A stretch of 25,017 nucleotides of DNA from Fimbriimonadales bacterium. Lineage in GTDB: Bacteria > Armatimonadota > Fimbriimonadia > Fimbriimonadales > ATM1. The DNA lies in assembly GCA_041744215.1 (NCBI GenBank), contig JBGTLG010000037.1:1-25017 (forward strand), in the 5' to 3' direction. The position numbers and the translations under genes are program-made. Positions 16,885 to 25,017 of this stretch are shown in pieces. Position 1 is the first letter of the stretch. The number at the start of each line of letters is the position of its first letter. Under the pieces are notes generated by a model. The model worked only from the letters and a program-made list of their open reading frames with translations, did not search any database and had not been told where the DNA came from.

Positions 16885-18204
16885 CTAGTTCGAAGCGTTC
16901 AGTTCAGCTTCGATCTTCTTTCTGAACTCGGCGAACGACGGAGCGCTGTATCCAACTTGGATTGCCTTTACGGTTCCGTCACGCCCGACAAGCGCCATAT
17001 GCGGAATACCCGAAACACCGTAGTTGGTGAACATGTCGTTCGACGTGAAGAGCATTGGGAAGATCAAGTTGTGGTCTTTCAAGAACCCTTCCATCTTCGC
17101 ATACTCTTGATCGGGTGTCAAATCACGCTCTGCTCCATAGTAACCATAGAACCTGGTGATCATCACCACTTCGAGTCCTTTGCTGCCCAACTCGTCGTAG
17201 ACCTTCCTCACATCCGGGTAGGACGCTTTGCAAGGACCGCACCAATGCGCGGTGAACTGCAGGAGTACGACCTTGCCTTTTAGATCAGCAAGACTTGTGT
17301 AGTCGCCGTACTTGCGCTCGAATGACAACGGCGGAGCCATGCCGCCGGTCAATGTCAGCTGGGAGCGGTATGTTTGCGCCGAGCGAACGAGTGGGTTTGA
17401 CGGTTCGAGCGACTTTACGAAGGCATCAAGCATCGCAAGCGACTCGGGCTTTCGATTCGCGTCAGCAAGGAGTTCCGCTTTTCGGCGCACGAACGAGAAC
17501 TTCAGGCTGTCATTGACGGACTTCCCGTTGGCAGTCAAGCTTGCGAGGATTTGCTCGTCCGTCATGTCGCTACCGTCGCGGTTCTTCGGCGCAGTGCGCT
17601 TCATTGCTGGCAGGTTTCGCGCAGCATATGCTGCGGGGTCTTCAAAGATGACTTGCTGCTCTGCGGAATCGATGGCCTTGATCGCAGCATCAACTCCCTT
17701 CTCTTTTGCGATCGTTGCCGAATAGCTTCCCACGACTTGTCTCGCCAGCATCTGACTCTCGTTCCATCCTGGAGCTTCCGTCGTTGCTAGCGTCATGAGA
17801 ATCATGTCCGCCTCGCCTTGAGCATTGCACGCGTTCATCATCAGCATCTGCGCTTGGAACTTAGCCGCACCTGCGGGTTTGCTTTTGATGAACTTCTCGC
17901 AAAGTTCACAAGTCTCCTCATAGCGCTGGGCAATAAAGAACACTTGTGCCCAGTCATATGCATCTGCGGGTGCAATTGCGGAGACTTCAACCTTTTGAGT
18001 CGCCTCAACCGCCATTCGCTTGACTTCCGCGTTTACGGCATTTGCGTCGAAGGGCGTGTTGTTCGCGCGCGCCTCAGCCGAGGCCGCCGCGCGGTATTCG
18101 TTGATTGATCGCAGGACTTCTTTGGCGTCCACGTTCTGGGCAATAAGGCTGATCGTCGCAGCCATGGCCACCCCGAGGGTTGCCACACGTAACAGAATCT
18201 TCAT
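16885..18204 (-). CDS. Exported TlpA/redoxin-family thiol-disulfide oxidoreductase with a long helical N-terminal region
   Basis: ATG at 18204 follows a GAGAGG SD and gives a signal peptide MKILLRVATLGVAMAATISLIA. C-terminal SLADLKGKVVLLQFTAHWCGPC, cis-Pro YGVSGIPH and LVGRDG.V. Confidence 0.9.
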   Translation of the reverse strand: MKILLRVATLGVAMAATISLIAQNVDAKEVLRSINEYRAAASAEARANNTPFDANAVNAEVKRMAVEATQKVEVSAIAPADAYDWAQVFFIAQRYEETCELCEKFIKSKPAGAAKFQAQMLMMNACNAQGEADMILMTLATTEAPGWNESQMLARQVVGSYSATIAKEKGVDAAIKAIDSAEQQVIFEDPAAYAARNLPAMKRTAPKNRDGSDMTDEQILASLTANGKSVNDSLKFSFVRRKAELLADANRKPESLAMLDAFVKSLEPSNPLVRSAQTYRSQLTLTGGMAPPLSFERKYGDYTSLADLKGKVVLLQFTAHWCGPCKASYPDVRKVYDELGSKGLEVVMITRFYGYYGAERDLTPDQEYAKMEGFLKDHNLIFPMLFTSNDMFTNYGVSGIPHMALVGRDGTVKAIQVGYSAPSFAEFRKKIEAELNASN

Positions 18205-18302
18205 GGTCTGATATACCTCTCTAAAGCTACAGTACCTGATGGCTTGGGAGGCTGGTTCCAATGCCGGTCAAGTCCGACCTGAGGCTAAGATGGGGAGCGC
18301 AA

Positions 18303-19007
18303 ATGAAAATCGACTTCGTGACCCTCTTTCCGGACACCGTGCTTGCCTGCGTCCGCCACAGCATGCTTCGGCGAGCAGAGGAGGCGGGGATCGTCGCGTT
18401 TGGAGCTGTCAATCCCCGCGATTTCGCGACGGATACGCACCGAAGTGTCGACGACGAGCCCTATGGCGGTGGGCCCGGGATGGTGCTGCGACCGGACGTG
18501 GTAGCAGAGGCAGTTGAGTCCGTGCTCACGGAAGATGCCACGGTCATTCACACCGATCCAGCGGGTGAGTTGTTTCGTCAAGCCGACGCGCGCGACCTTG
18601 CGGGGAGGAAGCACTTGGTGTTCCTTTGTGGCCATTACGAGGGCATTGACGAGCGTGTGGTGGATGTGTACGCTGATCGAAGGTACAGCATTGGGGACTA
18701 TGTATTGACCGGGGGCGAGCTGCCTGCAGCCGTGATGGCCGACGCGATCGTTCGCTTGGTGCCCGGGGTTTTAGGCGACCCTCAGTCGCTGGCCGAAGAC
18801 GCGTTCGCGGACGGTCTCCTAACCTACCCGCAGTACACCCGCCCTGAGGTTTGGGCGAATCGTCGGGTTCCGGACGTCCTTTTGAGCGGAAATCACGGAG
18901 AAATCGCGAACTGGCGCCGCCGCCAACGACTTGAGGCGACCAGGATCAATCGGCCGGATCTCTTTGCTCGGGCACCCCTGACGAAGGATGACCTTCGCCT
19001 GCTATAA
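18303..19007 (+). CDS. trmD: tRNA (guanine37-N1)-methyltransferase
   Basis: MKIDFVTLFP, VDDEPYGGGPGMVL, CGHYEGIDER, SIGDYVLTGGE and PQYTRP motifs. ATG at 18303 preferred. Confidence 0.97.
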   Translation: MKIDFVTLFPDTVLACVRHSMLRRAEEAGIVAFGAVNPRDFATDTHRSVDDEPYGGGPGMVLRPDVVAEAVESVLTEDATVIHTDPAGELFRQADARDLAGRKHLVFLCGHYEGIDERVVDVYADRRYSIGDYVLTGGELPAAVMADAIVRLVPGVLGDPQSLAEDAFADGLLTYPQYTRPEVWANRRVPDVLLSGNHGEIANWRRRQRLEATRINRPDLFARAPLTKDDLRLL

Positions 19008-19008
19008 T
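19000..19008 (+). promoter_or_regulatory. Extended -10 promoter TGnTATAAT for rplS, overlapping the trmD stop
   Basis: Perfect TGCTATAAT 32 nt before the rplS ATG, which has an AGGAGA SD. Confidence 0.65.
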
Positions 19009-19040
19009 TGGCCTTCGATTTCCCAACTAGGAGATTTCCC

Positions 19041-19391
19041 ATGCGTAAGAGCGCCATTTTAGAGAGTGTTGCCCAGCCGAACCTGCGAGACGATCTGCCC
19101 AGGATCAACCCTGGCGACACCGTCAAGGTCCACGTCCGCGTCCGTGAGGGGGGCAAAGAGAGAATCCAGATCTACGAGGGGACAGTGATCGCGAAGAAGC
19201 ACGGCGGAGTTGCAGAAACGATCACGGTTCGCAAGGTCAGCCACGATGTTGGAGTCGAGCGAACTTTCCCTTTGCATTCACCCATGATCTCCAAGTTTGA
19301 AGTGACTCGGCGAGGGAAGGTTCGGCGAGCCAAGCTCTACTATCTGCGGGACAAGGTCGGAAAGGCAGCACGGATCAAAGAGGCCCGGTAG
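19041..19391 (+). CDS. rplS: 50S ribosomal protein L19 (bL19)
   Basis: PGDTVKVH...[23 protein letters not shown] and [11 protein letters not shown] motifs. Confidence 0.98.
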   Translation: MRKSAILESVAQPNLRDDLPRINPGDTVKVHVRVREGGKERIQIYEGTVIAKKHGGVAETITVRKVSHDVGVERTFPLHSPMISKFEVTRRGKVRRAKLYYLRDKVGKAARIKEAR

Positions 19392-19394
19392 GGG

Positions 19395-20456
19395 ATGCAG
19401 TCCCTTTTGGGCCAGGTCATGCCGATGCCGGATGTTGACCTAAGGGGTTTTTGGCTTACCTTCGGCGCTATCGCCGCGATTGTCCGGCTTGCGATCGCAT
19501 TCTATCAAGTTGCCGATAAGCGACGAACTGATGGTCCCGCGAATGCCCTTGCCGTCTTTTACATCGCGGGCGTGCTGACGGTAATCGGACACTTCGCTAA
19601 GCTCATCGGAGATATCGGGTTTCAACCAACAGTCGAAGTTCTTGCGAAAGCTGATGTCGGCACGGTGTTGTTGTTTGGTGCGGTTTGCACTGCCATAAGG
19701 ATCGATCTTCATTACTACGCTCGTGGACGAGACGACCGATTCGAGTTGCTACCCCTTGGGATTAGCAGCAGGTGGATTCAAGAGATTTCCGACAGCCTGG
19801 TTTATGCAGGACTGTTGGTTTTCTTGATTATCCGACCGTTCTTCATCCAAACGTTTATCATTCCGAGCCCATCTATGGTGCCAACGCTTGTCGAAGGCGA
19901 CATTCTTATTGTCGACAAGTTCACGTATCGATTTCTCCGGGAGCCTCAAGCTGGCGAGATCGTCGTTTTCAAACCACCGAATTCTGCTCGCGAGATGACA
20001 GGGCAACCAGAGGGCACTGACTTTGTCAAGCGATTGATTGGCGTGCCAGGCGACATCGTTGAACTGCGAGACTCAAAGCTGTTTAGAAATGGGATCGCGG
20101 TCAATGAGGTTTATGTTCAAGATCCGCCAATCATGCCTGAGGCAGACGTGGTCGATTTCAAGTTTGTTGAGTTCAACGGACGGATGATTGCTGTTCGAAG
20201 GATGCTTGACTTCTCGGGAAGGTCCGTTGTTGATGTCGATCGGACGTATGGCATCTCATCGTCGCAACTTGACTCGCTATGGGAATTGCCTGCTGCGAAG
20301 CTACCCGACGAGCAGTACTTGATGGTCGGCGACAACCGAACGCAAAGCTACGACGGCAGGTTTTGGGGTCCCATTCCCCGCCACCAGATTGTCGGCAAAT
20401 CGTGGTGGCGGATCCTACCCATCAATCGATTCGGTCATTCTGATAGGCGCAGGTGA
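19395..20456 (+). CDS. lepB: Signal peptidase I with an extended multi-TM N-terminus
   Basis: IPSPSMVPTL (catalytic Ser), DFVKRLIG.PGD (catalytic Lys) and GDNR..SYDGRFWG; conventional position after rplS. Confidence 0.93.
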   Translation: MQSLLGQVMPMPDVDLRGFWLTFGAIAAIVRLAIAFYQVADKRRTDGPANALAVFYIAGVLTVIGHFAKLIGDIGFQPTVEVLAKADVGTVLLFGAVCTAIRIDLHYYARGRDDRFELLPLGISSRWIQEISDSLVYAGLLVFLIIRPFFIQTFIIPSPSMVPTLVEGDILIVDKFTYRFLREPQAGEIVVFKPPNSAREMTGQPEGTDFVKRLIGVPGDIVELRDSKLFRNGIAVNEVYVQDPPIMPEADVVDFKFVEFNGRMIAVRRMLDFSGRSVVDVDRTYGISSSQLDSLWELPAAKLPDEQYLMVGDNRTQSYDGRFWGPIPRHQIVGKSWWRILPINRFGHSDRRR

Positions 20457-20457
20457 A

Positions 20458-22542
20458 CTAGCTCGCGTCTGTTTGCGATATCCTCGCACGTTGACGCTCT
20501 GCGCTTGAACGAAGTAACTCGTGGCCAGAAGCCGAGAGTGTCGGATCGGACTCGAGCATCTCAAGCGCTGCTTGCCTCGCTTCTTCAAGCACGCGCCCAT
20601 CTTGTACTAAGTCTGCTACACGCAATTCGAACGCGCCGCTCTGCTTCGTTCCGTATACATCGCCTGGACCGCGAATTCTGAGATCTTCTTCCGCGATGCG
20701 GAAGCCGTCCGTTGTTTCGACCATGACTCTGAGTCGGTCCTCGGAATCCTTCGTCGTGGCAGCGGCAATCAGGATGCAGAAAGATTGCTTCTCACCTCGG
20801 CCCACTCGTCCGCGCAATTGGTGAAGTTGCGATAGCCCGAATCGGTTCGCATCCTCGATGACCATGACTGTGGCGTTCGGCACGTCGACTCCTACCTCGA
20901 TCACCGTTGTGCTAACGAGTACGTCCGCTTCTCCTTTGCGAAAGGACTCCATCGCTTCCTCGCGCTGTTTGGCTTTCTGTTGTCCGTGAAGCAGTGCGAC
21001 TCGGAACTCGGGAAAGACATCCGTTCTCATTCGTTCAAAGAGTTGCTCCGCTGCCTGGGCGAGCATCTTCTCGCTCTCTGAAACAAGGGGGCAGATGACA
21101 TAAGCTTGTGCTCCTTCCTTCAGAAGCCTACGGACGCCTTCATAGACGGTTGCCCTGTCGCTTGGAAGCTTCCAGTGCGTTTTGATCGACTTGCGGCCGG
21201 GGGGCATTTCGTCTATCACGCTCAGATCGAGGTCGCCGTAAATGGTGAGCGTGAGGCTACGCGGGATTGGTGTTGCCGACATGACGAGCAGGTCCACGTT
21301 CTCAGCCCCTTTTGAGCGGAGTCCCGCTCTCTGGAGTACTCCAAATCTGTGCTGCTCATCGACGACTGCGAAACCAAGCCGCTTGAAGGAGACAGCTTCT
21401 TGAATCAGGGCATGGGTGCCAATGATGACATCAGCCTCTCCGGACTCGATTGCTTCATTTGCTTTGCGCTTGTCCTTTGCAGCTAGCCTTCCCACCAATA
21501 GGACGCACGACAGGCCAAGTTTTTCGAGCAGGCCGTGGATGGTGGCGTAGTGTTGTTCCGCGAGAATTTCAGTAGGAGCCATCAGTGCAGCCTGGTATCC
21601 AGACTTGACGGCAGCGATCATCGCCGCGGCAGCGACGAGCGTCTTGCCGCTCCCGACGTCGCCCTGCAGCAGCCTGTTCATTGGGTGCGGGCGACGCATG
21701 TCGCTGAATATCTCGCCGATGACTCGTTCCTGAGCAGACGTAAGACTGAACGGGAGTTGCGATGCGAGTTCTTTGACGATTGCATCGGAGGCGTTGAAGG
21801 AGATTCCTGTTCGGAGGCCCACTTCGCGATGCCTTGCAGCAAGCGCCAACTGAAGGTAAAAGAATTCTTCGAACACCAGACGGCGCCGCGCTTGAATGCG
21901 ATCCTCTTCGGAGTCTGGAAAATGAATCTGCTCGAGCGCACGTTGCAAGGGCTGGAGTTTGTGTCGGTCCATCAACTTCTTTGGAAGCGCCTCTTCGAAC
22001 GCCCGCAGATACGCGAGCCCACGGCGTACCGACCTGCGCACACTCTTCTGCGCAACACCTTCGCTTAGCGGGTAAATCGGAGTGATTCGCGCAAAGTCTT
22101 CGGGGTCGTCGTCTTCGTCGATCGTTTCCCATTCCGGAGTGCGAAGTTCGTAGCCCGAATTCCCTTCTTGGACCTGACCGTACGCGATAACTTCACCGGA
22201 TTGCTTTTCGAGCTTCTGTTTTATCCAACGCTGATTGAACCAAATCAGGCCAATCGTGCCCGTGCCGTCGGAGATGGAAGCGCGAACAAGAGTGAGCCCA
22301 CCGCCCGTTTTCTTCGCGTCGACTGTAAGCAGTCTCCCTTTTACAGAGACAAAGTCACCCGGCTTTGCTTCGCGAATCGGCAAGAATTTAGACCGGTCCT
22401 CGTACCGCCTCGGCAGGTAGTACACGAGATCACCAAGAGATGCAATGCCAAGCTTTGCGAGGATCTTCGCCATTGGCGGGCCGACGCCTTTGACGTACTG
22501 AACCTCGGTGTCCGCTGTGTACTTGTGCCCAACATCCGACAT
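20458..22542 (-). CDS. recG: ATP-dependent DNA helicase RecG
   Basis: ATG at 22542 gives 694 aa. Motifs VKGVGP, LPRRYEDR, RLLQGDVGSGKT, MAPTEILAEQH, DEQHRFG, MSATPIPR, QLHQLRGRVGRG and DGF.IAE.DL..RGPG. Confidence 0.97.
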   Translation of the reverse strand: MSDVGHKYTADTEVQYVKGVGPPMAKILAKLGIASLGDLVYYLPRRYEDRSKFLPIREAKPGDFVSVKGRLLTVDAKKTGGGLTLVRASISDGTGTIGLIWFNQRWIKQKLEKQSGEVIAYGQVQEGNSGYELRTPEWETIDEDDDPEDFARITPIYPLSEGVAQKSVRRSVRRGLAYLRAFEEALPKKLMDRHKLQPLQRALEQIHFPDSEEDRIQARRRLVFEEFFYLQLALAARHREVGLRTGISFNASDAIVKELASQLPFSLTSAQERVIGEIFSDMRRPHPMNRLLQGDVGSGKTLVAAAAMIAAVKSGYQAALMAPTEILAEQHYATIHGLLEKLGLSCVLLVGRLAAKDKRKANEAIESGEADVIIGTHALIQEAVSFKRLGFAVVDEQHRFGVLQRAGLRSKGAENVDLLVMSATPIPRSLTLTIYGDLDLSVIDEMPPGRKSIKTHWKLPSDRATVYEGVRRLLKEGAQAYVICPLVSESEKMLAQAAEQLFERMRTDVFPEFRVALLHGQQKAKQREEAMESFRKGEADVLVSTTVIEVGVDVPNATVMVIEDANRFGLSQLHQLRGRVGRGEKQSFCILIAAATTKDSEDRLRVMVETTDGFRIAEEDLRIRGPGDVYGTKQSGAFELRVADLVQDGRVLEEARQAALEMLESDPTLSASGHELLRSSAERQRARISQTDAS

Positions 22543-22550
22543 CAGGGGAA

Positions 22551-23918
22551 TTATGCCTTCCTTCGCTGCAGTAGGGTGAAGAGCGCGTGAAGCACTATGA
22601 CTGCGTGCAGCGAGACAATTGCTGTCGCTGAGATTGTTGGGTTTTCTTGCCTTGCAGTTGAAACGATGACTACCGCGGTTATCGCGAGGGTGGCTCGGAG
22701 CGCAAGCGAGAAGAAGTCGCGCTGGTTCAGTCGCCACAACTCTTCCTTTAACACTTGCTTCCAATAGAGCAATTGAGTGAGGAACAGCAAGGACTCCGTC
22801 GCCAAGATCAGCGTCACAATGTCGAGAGAGTCCGCTGACAGGAAGGCAAAATACACCGCTGACCGCAACAGAATGGAAGTGACTGTAACGATGAGCGGCA
22901 GTCGGATCGCGCCGCGATTCGCAAGGAGCGTGGATCCGAGCATCCCAAACCAACCGATACCGGAATGAAATGATAGCACGAGCCACGCTACCGTAACAGA
23001 CACTGCGTATCTTTCCGCAACTTCTGAACTGATCAAAACAGTGATCGCCAATGCAATTGCAAAAAGTGACGAGATCAGCACGCCGCCTTCCACAATTCGC
23101 GAGACGCTCCTTTGCGCGGCATCGCGATGCGCAGACCAGTCTTGGGAACTGATTTTGAAGATGAGTGGCTGCAGCAGCGCGGCGACGCTGAGAAGGATAA
23201 ACGAACGAAGCGGCGTGCCAACTCGGTAGGCCGCGAGAATGACCGGTGAGAGCGCGACGACTGTCCACCACGCGTCGAGCTGCATACTGAGATACGTTAC
23301 TGCTCGATTCATCCAGAAGCCTAACACCGTGCGGGGGGCTAATGGCATAGAAGTCGCTCGCATGAGCGGCGCAGCCGCGACAGGAATCGACGCGACGACC
23401 AAGACCACGAACTCAAACAAAAACGGAAGCGCGACCGAGCGCTCGCCTGCACCCGACATCCACAGCGCTGCGCCGACGAGAAACGCCCCGCACGCGAGCG
23501 CACGCAATGCGGCGAGAGTCTTGTACTTCCCTGCTTCCGCGCACAGAGACCACAGTATCGCTTCGGCGATCCCGGCGGCAGCACCCAGCGCGAGCGCAAC
23601 GAAGGAGTTCGCCAGCGACAAGTCGCCGAGTTGGGATGCAGGGTAACCCAAGACCGCGCAGAGCAGAACGCCGAAAAGAATCCACCAGAGCCACAGCGTA
23701 CGCAGGGCGTCGGCGACAGGGCGACCCTCGCGCTGCGCCAAGACCACAACCTGTCGGTCGAGAGTCAGCGCGCAAAGCGAAAACCCCGCAGACCAAACCA
23801 GAGCGAACGAATAGAACGCGCCTGCTGCCCCCGGGCGCACCGGAAGCACAGCGACGCCGACCGCCATCATGGCGAGCGGGCGCATTCCATACCAAGCTGC
23901 GTTGAGAAGACCGTTCAA
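22551..23918 (-). CDS. Wzx/MOP-superfamily oligosaccharide flippase-like membrane protein
   Basis: 455 aa with many (about 12 or more) hydrophobic segments. QLDAWWTVVALSPVILAAYRVG...LLQPLIFKIS resembles the Wzx 'D...I...LG...G.Y..A......P.IS' pattern. Start uncertain (TTG 23918 or ATG 23885). Confidence 0.65.
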   Translation of the reverse strand: MNGLLNAAWYGMRPLAMMAVGVAVLPVRPGAAGAFYSFALVWSAGFSLCALTLDRQVVVLAQREGRPVADALRTLWLWWILFGVLLCAVLGYPASQLGDLSLANSFVALALGAAAGIAEAILWSLCAEAGKYKTLAALRALACGAFLVGAALWMSGAGERSVALPFLFEFVVLVVASIPVAAAPLMRATSMPLAPRTVLGFWMNRAVTYLSMQLDAWWTVVALSPVILAAYRVGTPLRSFILLSVAALLQPLIFKISSQDWSAHRDAAQRSVSRIVEGGVLISSLFAIALAITVLISSEVAERYAVSVTVAWLVLSFHSGIGWFGMLGSTLLANRGAIRLPLIVTVTSILLRSAVYFAFLSADSLDIVTLILATESLLFLTQLLYWKQVLKEELWRLNQRDFFSLALRATLAITAVVIVSTARQENPTISATAIVSLHAVIVLHALFTLLQRRKA

Positions 23919-23961
23919 AGCGCGTCGAGAGAGGGACGGGCGAGGCGCGCACTTCGCCCCT

Positions 23962-24210
23962 TCACACCGGCGATTGCGACCGCTTGATCAATCGTGCGCC
24001 AAGACCAATCCCGGAAAATGCGAACCACACAACCTCGAGCAACAAGAATCCCCAGTCGCTGCCGATCCACGCCGCCCAACCCAACAGGCCCGCGCCGAAA
24101 ACGTTGAGGATCAGATAGGGATACGAGTCGACCGCTAGCCTCTTCAACTGTGCGAGCCCAAAGGCCGCGAGGATCATGACGGCTCCGGCGAGTTGCAGCG
24201 CTTGCTCCAT
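23962..24210 (-). CDS. CBU_0592-like small 3-TM membrane protein
   Basis: GA.MIL.AF...Q........Y..LN..GA.LL...A......F.LLE.VW...S pattern. ATG at 24210 follows an AAAGAGG SD. Confidence 0.8.
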   Translation of the reverse strand: MEQALQLAGAVMILAAFGLAQLKRLAVDSYPYLILNVFGAGLLGWAAWIGSDWGFLLLEVVWFAFSGIGLGARLIKRSQSPV

Positions 24211-24237
24211 CGCCTCTTTTACCACCACGGAACGCCG

Positions 24238-25017
24238 CTAACGCCGAGCCAGCGAAAGCTCGCCGCCAGGCAACACCCACGCCGACCACGCGACAGGCAC
24301 AAACGTCGTCGCGTCGGATTGCACGATGACCGCTGCTCCGTCCAAGCGCTCACCAATACGCAAACGCTCGCGCGCAACGATCGCCGCGCCGCCATCGGTC
24401 ACCCCGATGACCGCGTCACCTTCCTCCGGCTCTTCCGCATAGAGCCCCATCTTCGGCGGGTCCACCTCCAGCCGCACGCGCAGCGTCACCCACTCCACAG
24501 CCGCGCCGTCGAGGCGAACCCCGTAGCGCGCCAGATGCTCCGCCTCGAATCGCTCCTCTACCGCAGTCTTCTCCTCGCCCGCGAACACCGGCACATTGAT
24601 CTCGTGCGATTGCCCGCGATAGCGCAAATCCGCCGAAAGCGCGGTTCGGTCTGGCGCAGAAACGCGCGCGAGCGCACTATCGAGCAAACCCCCAAACCCC
24701 GATTCGAGATCAAACTCACGCCCCAGCACCGTGGTAGAAGCCTCCCCGATGTCGGGCGACGCGAGAAGACCCTCGGCCGAAAACACGCCGGGCCGCGCGG
24801 GAACCAACACCTCGGGCATCCCGAGCAAATCCGCGACGGCGCACGCATGCAGCCCCCCGGCGCCGCCGAAAGAAACCAGCGCGAAATCGGCGGGATCGTG
24901 ACCGCGTTCCGAGGTAACCCGCCGAATGGCGCGAGCCATCTGCGCCTCCGCAAGTTCCGCTATGGCAAGCGCGAGATCCCCCGCCGAAACTCCGGCGCGC
25001 CCAGCGAGTTCTTCGAG
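24238..25017 (-). CDS. Hydantoinase A/oxoprolinase family protein, 5' end outside the window
   Basis: The frame is open to the edge (LEELAGRAG...AEAQMARAIRRVTSERGHDPADFALVSFGGAGGLHA). Also PGVFSA.GL, DLRYRGQSHEI and GAAVIVQSDATTFV. Confidence 0.92.
   Translation of the reverse strand, partial: LEELAGRAGVSAGDLALAIAELAEAQMARAIRRVTSERGHDPADFALVSFGGAGGLHACAVADLLGMPEVLVPARPGVFSAEGLLASPDIGEASTTVLGREFDLESGFGGLLDSALARVSAPDRTALSADLRYRGQSHEINVPVFAGEEKTAVEERFEAEHLARYGVRLDGAAVEWVTLRVRLEVDPPKMGLYAEEPEEGDAVIGVTDGGAAIVARERLRIGERLDGAAVIVQSDATTFVPVAWSAWVLPGGELSLARR

Noticed and set aside
4260..22500. Many 60-190 aa antisense or alternate-frame ORFs over mrp, fli, TlpA and recG (e.g. 21535..22068, 21569..22132, 15759..16262)
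   Set aside because: These are shadow ORFs expected in GC-rich coding DNA; none has a recognisable motif.
22543..23271. 243-codon N-terminal extension of RecG (937-aa ORF call), suggesting a fusion or overlapping gene
   Set aside because: It lies in another frame of the flippase gene and translates to Arg/Ser/Cys-rich sequence with no recognisable domain. RecG homology starts at MSDVGH (22542), which gives a normal 694 aa and has its own upstream signals.

Overview
Bacterial chromosomal window that is mostly housekeeping. Gene content and order are compatible with an Armatimonadota-like lineage, but this is a weak inference. From left to right it holds: a degenerate G/T-rich left end with a probable prepilin-type pseudogene remnant; an exported TPR-like protein converging on a WD40 beta-propeller and a monohaem cytochrome c lipoprotein; tRNA-Thr(CGT); a small Zn-binding membrane protein and ubiX; an FmdB zinc-ribbon gene; a complete group-1 mrpABCDEFG Na+/H+ antiporter operon; tRNA-Leu(CAG); surE; a flagellar operon fliL-fliM-fliY/N-fliO-fliP-fliQ-fliR-flhB; a large exported TlpA-type thiol oxidoreductase; trmD-rplS-lepB; recG; an orphan Wzx-like flippase; a CBU_0592-like membrane protein; and the 3' part of a hydantoinase A/oxoprolinase gene cut by the window edge. 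I found no integrase, transposase, CRISPR array or recognisable defence system, and no clear new multi-gene system. The best leads are the split WD40 + cytochrome c module, a FliY-like protein with apparently dead phosphatase motifs, repeated leaderless-type promoters, GC shifts inside genes, a structured tRNA-like intergenic segment, A37 in tRNA-Leu(CAG), and an NPTE motif in FlhB.
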